From Tagaea sp. (lineage in GTDB: Bacteria; Pseudomonadota; Alphaproteobacteria; CACIAM-22H2): 64,000 nt of DNA. The stretch covers positions 320,001 through 384,000 of the forward strand of contig CBDIIB010000005.1 of the NCBI GenBank assembly GCA_965279525.1, read 5' to 3'. Position 1 is the stretch's first letter, and every line of letters begins with the position of its first letter. Made by a program: the position numbers and the translations under genes. Positions 58,719 through 64,000 of this stretch are shown here, piece after piece. The notes beneath the pieces were generated by a model. The model was not told the DNA's origin and made no database searches. It was given only the letters and a program-made list of their open reading frames with translations.

Positions 58719-58751
58719 GGGCCCGCCGGCGACGGCGGGCCCGCTTCATTT
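58719..58751 (+). terminator. GC-rich hairpin between convergent rpmB and the MCP gene
   Basis: GGGCCCGCCG-GCGA-CGGCGGGCCC followed by GCTTCATTT. Confidence 0.55.
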
Positions 58752-58779
58752 GAGCTTCTGCATACGATCGTAAGTCGAC

Positions 58780-60954
58780 CTAGCCCTGGCGCACGGATGC
58801 CAGGAACCGGTCGGCCTCGCTGCGCAGGTTCTCGCCAAGGCGCGCGAACTGGGCCGCCACACCCGACACGTTCGCCGCCGCGTCGCCCGTGCGCCCGGCC
58901 GCGTCGTTGACCCCGCCGATCATCGTCGAGACGCGCGCCGTCCCGTCGGCCGCGACCTCCAGATCGCGCCCGATCCCGCGCGTGGCGGCCGTCTGCTCCT
59001 CCACCGCCGCCGAAACCGCCGCCGCGATCTCGCGCATCTGGCGGATCGTGCGCGCGATGGTGCCGATGGCGCTCGCCGTGTCGCCCGTCGCCACGCGGAT
59101 GCTGTCGATCTGCTGGGCGATCTCGCCGGTCGCACTCGCGGTCTGGGTCGCCAGCGTCTTCACCTCGTTCGCCACGACCGCGAAGCCCTTGCCCGCATCG
59201 CCCGCGCGCGCCGCCTCGATGGTGGCGTTGAGGGCGAGCAGGTTCGTCTGCCCGGCGATCGCGTTGATGAGCTTGACCACGTCGCCCACCTTCTGTGCGG
59301 CTTCCTCCAGCGCCTTCACGCAGGCATCCGTGCGCTCGGCCTGCACGCCGGCCTCGTCGGCGATGCGCGCACTCTCGCCCACGCGCCGCGCGATCTCGTC
59401 GGTCGAGCCGGCAAGCTGCGTGGTCGCCGTGGCGACCGACTGCACGCTGGCCGCCGCCTGCCCGACCGCACCGGCGGCCGACGCGGTCTGGGCGCGGGTG
59501 TCCTCGGCCGTATGCGTCATCGATCCGGCGGCCTGCTCGAGTTCGGCCGACGAAGTTCCGATATCGCGCACGACGGCCCCGATGCTCGCCTCGAAGGCAC
59601 CGGCGAGCCGCTCAAGCGCTTCGCGTTTCTCGGCGTCGGCCGCTTGCTTGGCGGCCGCCTCGCGCCGGGCCGCGTCGCGCGCCAGAAGTGCGGCCGCGCG
59701 GAACGATTCCAGCGCCGCCGTCAGCGTGCCGATCTCGTCCGGCCGGGCGGGCGGAATCGCGGCGGCAAGATCGCCGCCGGCGATGGCGCGCATGCCGGCG
59801 GCAAAGGAGTCGAGGCGGGAAAGCACGCGCCGCCCGACATAGAACCACGCGATCCCGACCGCCAGCAGCAGGCTTGCGGCCGCGATCGCCGCGACAAGCC
59901 GGATGCCGTCGTCGATGGCACGCCCGGCATCCGCTGCCGCCGAACGGCCGGCGGCCTGTGCTTCGGCCGCGAGGGCATCCACCCGGACGACGAGTTCGGC
60001 CGATATGGCACGGCCCTGCTCGAGGGCGGCACGCGCCTGGCGGTCCATGTCGATTTCCTGCTCGCGCAATTCGAACAGGTTGCGGTAACCGTCGCCGAAA
60101 TCGGCGACGGTGAGCGCGGCATCCTTGAGCTCGGTCCCGTCGAGGCCTTCGACCTTCAGCCCCGCGAACACGGCATCGATCGCCGCAAGGAAGCGTTCGC
60201 GCACCGCTTCGAGTGCCGCAGGCGTATCGGCCGCGGTCGCCTCGTTGAGGATGGCGACCGACTGGTTGATGCCCGCCAGCGCCTTCATCGCGTTGTCGTA
60301 GACCACGAGATCGGTGTCCGCGAGGGCTGCGGCGCGCGCGGCAAGCTCGGCCGGACCGGCCTTCGCGAGACCGCCGATGCCGGACTTCAACGCCGCGGCG
60401 CGCGTCGCGACGAACGGGACGGCGAGTTCGACGAACCTGTCTTTCGCGGCGGCAAGCTGGGCTTCGAGCGTCACGCGCTCCGTCTGGCTGGCCACGCGCC
60501 GCTCGGCCGTCTTGTCGATCGCGGCGATCCGCTCGGCGACGGCGCCGGCAAGCTCGCGCAACGCCTGCACGTCCGTCTCGGCACCGCCCTGCCCGATCTC
60601 GACGAACAGTTCCGCGAGCCGCTCCTGGCTGCCGGCAAGCTTCGAGAGGATCTCGCTGCGGGCCTGTTCTTCGACGACGGACGCGAGAACCGGCGCGAAC
60701 GCCGAGATCTCCGCCGCGACCTGCGCCATGCGAAGCGACGCGGCGACGACGGGCATGCGCCGTTCGGTCATCGTCCCGATCGTGCCGCCCACGCCGGAAA
60801 GCAGCAGCGCCGCGACGAGTGCTGCGACGCCGGAGCCGGCGGCGATGGCGCCCATCGCGAGGAAGATCTTGAGGCGGATGCTCGAACGCAGCGGAACGCG
60901 GACTTCGTGCAAAGGGGCGGCAGGGCCTGACGGCGGCTCGGTCTGATCTGTCAT
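58780..60954 (-). CDS. Methyl-accepting chemotaxis protein with large helical periplasmic sensor
   Basis: Two TMs, HAMP (DEIG) and [30 protein letters not shown]. Confidence 0.93.
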   Translation of the reverse strand: MTDQTEPPSGPAAPLHEVRVPLRSSIRLKIFLAMGAIAAGSGVAALVAALLLSGVGGTIGTMTERRMPVVAASLRMAQVAAEISAFAPVLASVVEEQARSEILSKLAGSQERLAELFVEIGQGGAETDVQALRELAGAVAERIAAIDKTAERRVASQTERVTLEAQLAAAKDRFVELAVPFVATRAAALKSGIGGLAKAGPAELAARAAALADTDLVVYDNAMKALAGINQSVAILNEATAADTPAALEAVRERFLAAIDAVFAGLKVEGLDGTELKDAALTVADFGDGYRNLFELREQEIDMDRQARAALEQGRAISAELVVRVDALAAEAQAAGRSAAADAGRAIDDGIRLVAAIAAASLLLAVGIAWFYVGRRVLSRLDSFAAGMRAIAGGDLAAAIPPARPDEIGTLTAALESFRAAALLARDAARREAAAKQAADAEKREALERLAGAFEASIGAVVRDIGTSSAELEQAAGSMTHTAEDTRAQTASAAGAVGQAAASVQSVATATTQLAGSTDEIARRVGESARIADEAGVQAERTDACVKALEEAAQKVGDVVKLINAIAGQTNLLALNATIEAARAGDAGKGFAVVANEVKTLATQTASATGEIAQQIDSIRVATGDTASAIGTIARTIRQMREIAAAVSAAVEEQTAATRGIGRDLEVAADGTARVSTMIGGVNDAAGRTGDAAANVSGVAAQFARLGENLRSEADRFLASVRQG

Positions 60955-61014
60955 GACGCGCGAAGTCTAGGCGCGTCGGGTAAACAATCTGTTATCTTAA
61001 ATTGTAGTACGTCG

Positions 61015-62016
61015 TCATGGCGCAACGCGGATCGTAAAGACCGCAAGTAGCGTCCGCTGGAGCAGGCTGTAGTTATCGTCGGACACGAGCCACAACAGAT
61101 CGGATCCGTCGGATGCGCGCGTCGTCGCAATACCTTCGTAGTTGTCGACGGCCAAAGGCGGGCGCAGGCGGGCCAGTTCAGCACCCTCCGTCACTGCACC
61201 TTCGCCCCAGGCGCCGGCGGCCACCCGCACGATGCGCGTGCCGAACCCGCCGAAGAACGAGAACGACCGCTCGAGTACGGCCGTGTCGCCGCCGGCAAGC
61301 GTGCATGCACCGACCGGCACGAAGCCCGGGGCCGCGCGATAGCCGATCTTCGTCCAGCCGCCGTTTGCACCGACGAAGCCGACATGCACGCCGTCCTCGA
61401 CGAGATCCTCGATGAGGAACAAGAAGCGCCCGTCGGCAAGCCGTGTGAGCGTCTCGATCCCGCCATTGCGCGGGGCGGCAGCGAGCGCCGGCGGCAGCGC
61501 CATCGCGCGCGGCCGCCGCGCGAACGGCGGCTCGGACGGCGGATAGACGAGGATGCGGTGCTGGCGCTCGAAGCTGACGGCAAAGCCGCCATCCGCCAGG
61601 CGGATCAGCCCTTCGGCGTCGGCGGCCGGCCCTTCCAGCACCTTGCCGTCCGGTCCGATCAGCCGGCCGAGCTTCGCGTGCGACAGGCCGCGCAGGGTTC
61701 CGTCGAACGCGATGCGCGCATCGAGCGTCCAGCCATTGTCGGAAATCGCGACCAGCCGCGAGGCATCGGACGAGACCCACAGGTCCGACCAGCCGCCGAA
61801 GCGCCGGTCGGAGGAGCCCAGCAGCAGGCCGCCGCGCCATTCGAGCGCACCGGCGGTCGTGCGGTCGGCGGTCGTCTCGTCGAAGGGGATGGGGGCCGCG
61901 TAGAGGGGGAATTCCTCGACGCCCGCGGCACGGGCGGCGGGAGCGAAGGTCCACGCGGCAAGCGCACCGCCCGCAAGGGCAAGTGCGCCGCGCCGCGTGG
62001 ACGCGACTTCGATCAA
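61015..62016 (-). CDS. Esterase-like/phytase-like beta-propeller protein, Tat signal
   Basis: TRRGAL signal; FGGWS, DAEG, DNYEG and LVSDDNYSLLQRTLL motifs. Confidence 0.82.
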   Translation of the reverse strand: MIEVASTRRGALALAGGALAAWTFAPAARAAGVEEFPLYAAPIPFDETTADRTTAGALEWRGGLLLGSSDRRFGGWSDLWVSSDASRLVAISDNGWTLDARIAFDGTLRGLSHAKLGRLIGPDGKVLEGPAADAEGLIRLADGGFAVSFERQHRILVYPPSEPPFARRPRAMALPPALAAAPRNGGIETLTRLADGRFLFLIEDLVEDGVHVGFVGANGGWTKIGYRAAPGFVPVGACTLAGGDTAVLERSFSFFGGFGTRIVRVAAGAWGEGAVTEGAELARLRPPLAVDNYEGIATTRASDGSDLLWLVSDDNYSLLQRTLLAVFTIRVAP

Positions 62017-62918
62017 GCGATGTTGCGCGAGAACCAGACTTCCAGGCGCTTCCAGCCGTCCTTGGCGGGACCGTCGCGATAGGTCGGGCGGTAGTCGGCG
62101 TGGAAGGCGTGCGGCGTGTCGGGATAGAGCACGATTTCGGAGTTCTTGCCGGCCGCACGCAGGGCGTCGCGCATGCGCTCCACGCCATCGTTCGGGATGC
62201 CGGCATCGGCACCGCCGTAGAGGCCGAGAACCGGCGCGTTGATGCGAGCGACGAGCTGGATCGGATGCTGCGGACGCATCGCGTTGTTCTCGCCGACGAG
62301 CGGCCCGTACCACGCCACCCCGGCCTTCACGCCCGGATTGTGCGCCGCATAGAGCCATGTCACGCGGCCGCCGAAGCAGAAGCCCGTGATGCCGAGCTTG
62401 CGGGTGTCGCCCTGGGCAACCCTGCCGCCGGCCCATTTCACCGTCGAATCGATGTCGGACATGATCTGCGCGTCCGACACCTTCGAGATGACCTCGCGGA
62501 TGATCGTCGCGTTGTCCGGCAGCTTCGACGGATCGCCCTGGCGGAAATAATAGCCGGGCGCGATGGCGAGGTAGCCGATCTTCGCGAGGCGGCGGCACAC
62601 GTCCTTGATGTGCTCGTGCACGCCGAAGATTTCCTGCGCCACGATGACGGTCGCGAAATTCTTTCCGTCCCTCGGGCGCGCGTAATAGACCTCCATGCGC
62701 TTGCCGTCGGCGGTCGGGATCATGGCTGTCCCGGCGGTGAGGCCGTTGGTGTCGGTCGTGATGATCGTCTGGGCGGTCACCGGGTGGGCTGCAAGCGCGA
62801 AGCCCGTGGCGATGCCGGCTCCGGCGAGGAAACCGCGACGGCCGACCGGAAGGGCGGCCGGTTCGAGCGACGTCTTCTGGGAATCGAGCAGATCGGGTGT
62901 CCGGATATCGTCGGGCAT
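62013..62918 (-). CDS. Dienelactone hydrolase family protein
   Basis: QEIFGVHEHI, GFCFGG nucleophile elbow and HAFHADYRP. Confidence 0.92.
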   Translation of the reverse strand: MPDDIRTPDLLDSQKTSLEPAALPVGRRGFLAGAGIATGFALAAHPVTAQTIITTDTNGLTAGTAMIPTADGKRMEVYYARPRDGKNFATVIVAQEIFGVHEHIKDVCRRLAKIGYLAIAPGYYFRQGDPSKLPDNATIIREVISKVSDAQIMSDIDSTVKWAGGRVAQGDTRKLGITGFCFGGRVTWLYAAHNPGVKAGVAWYGPLVGENNAMRPQHPIQLVARINAPVLGLYGGADAGIPNDGVERMRDALRAAGKNSEIVLYPDTPHAFHADYRPTYRDGPAKDGWKRLEVWFSRNIA

Positions 62919-62943
62919 GGGCGCTCCTCGGAAGCTTCTGGGG

Positions 62944-64000
62944 TTATCGGTTCACTATACGGCCGTCGGTGGCGATGCGCACCGGGCTGTTGGCGCGGAT
63001 GTAGCTGGCGAGCGCGTCGTCGAGACCCGGACCGAAATCGTAGGGATCGACCGCACGGTCGCGGAACACCACATAGCCGTCGCCGCCCTTGCGCATGAAG
63101 TCGTTCGTCGCGACCGTATATAGGGCGTCCGGATCGACGGGCAAGAAGCTGCCGTCGGGGCGGCGCACTTCGAGCGAGATCACGCGGCTGCCGACCGGGC
63201 GCGACAGCGCCCACGTCAGGCGCGCACCGGCGAGCTGCGGGAAGCGCCCGCCATTCTCGGCGACCTGCGACAGGCCGTTCTCCAGTGCGGCAACCAGATC
63301 GCGGCCGCGCAGCTTCAGCGTGGCGATGTTGTTCTGGAAAGGCAGCGTCGTCAGCACGTTACCCAGCGTGATCGGACCTTCCGCGATGCCGGCGCGCAGG
63401 CCGCCGCCGTTCTGCACGGCGATGGTGGTGCCGGCCGCGCGCGTGGCGACGAGCATCGCCTCGGCGACGAGATTGCCCAGCGCGCACTCGCGCGCCCGGC
63501 AACCATCCAGCGAATAGGTTACGGCACCCGACCCGACCGGCTGGTTGCGGACCTGGATCAGCGGCGCGTCGAGCCGGTCGACCGCCGCCTGGATGACGGC
63601 GTTGGGCACGATCGACTGGACGACCGGGATCGTGTTGCCGGCGGCCGAAACCACATTGCCGGCCGCGTCGAAATCGACGTCGATGCGCCCGATGTGGCGC
63701 GAGAACGAGCCCGCCTGCACGATCGGCACGTCGCGCCCCGTGGGCCCCTTGACGACGACCGGATACGGCGCCTCGGCACCCTGGATGCCGTTGCCCAGCA
63801 GCGTGTGCGAATGACCGCCGACGATCACGTCGATGCCGTCGATCTTCTCGGCAAGCTGGCGGTCGCGCGACAGGCCCATGTGCCCGACGACGACGACGTG
63901 GCTGACGCCCTGCGAACGCAGCTTCGCGATCAGGGCCGGCAGCACCGTCTCGGCCAGCACGAACTTCAGGCGCGAGCCGGGCGACGAGATCTCGGGCGTG
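62944..64000 (-). CDS. Bifunctional 5'-nucleotidase/UDP-sugar hydrolase (UshA-like), 5' part outside window
   Basis: IDVIVGGHSHT, NGGGLRA, LPFQN, FPQLAG and TNDFMRKGGDGY motifs. Confidence 0.9.
   Translation of the reverse strand, partial: TPEISSPGSRLKFVLAETVLPALIAKLRSQGVSHVVVVGHMGLSRDRQLAEKIDGIDVIVGGHSHTLLGNGIQGAEAPYPVVVKGPTGRDVPIVQAGSFSRHIGRIDVDFDAAGNVVSAAGNTIPVVQSIVPNAVIQAAVDRLDAPLIQVRNQPVGSGAVTYSLDGCRARECALGNLVAEAMLVATRAAGTTIAVQNGGGLRAGIAEGPITLGNVLTTLPFQNNIATLKLRGRDLVAALENGLSQVAENGGRFPQLAGARLTWALSRPVGSRVISLEVRRPDGSFLPVDPDALYTVATNDFMRKGGDGYVVFRDRAVDPYDFGPGLDDALASYIRANSPVRIATDGRIVNR

Overview
High-GC alphaproteobacterial (Rhodospirillales-like) chromosomal segment. 1-25.6 kb is a catabolic region: two Rieske oxygenases, a molybdopterin S/N-oxide reductase, a thiol-dioxygenase-like cupin, two ABC systems without ATPase genes, a PanE-like/HisC-like/ComDE-like operon, a GcvA-type regulator, a 2OG-Fe(II) oxygenase, soxBDAG and a DadA-like enzyme. 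tRNA-Val(GAC) and four housekeeping genes follow. 28468-38947 is a visibly lower-GC integrative element bounded by perfect 105-bp direct repeats that duplicate a SuhB/MmgR-type small RNA. It carries a tyrosine integrase with recognisable core and arm sites, a stand-alone family-A-polymerase-like protein and an IS3 remnant. Its cargo is the most novel element here: a TlpA thioredoxin, a secreted peptide ending in seven xGCS-type (CxxxC) repeats, and two paralogous polytopic membrane proteins. The right part is core genome (mlaEFD-pqiC, bolA, corC-like, aroKB, xerD, malate synthase with a histone-H1-like N-terminal tail, CoA-ester lyase, accA, meaB, rpmB, an MCP and hydrolases). All family assignments come from motif recognition by eye; no database search was run.
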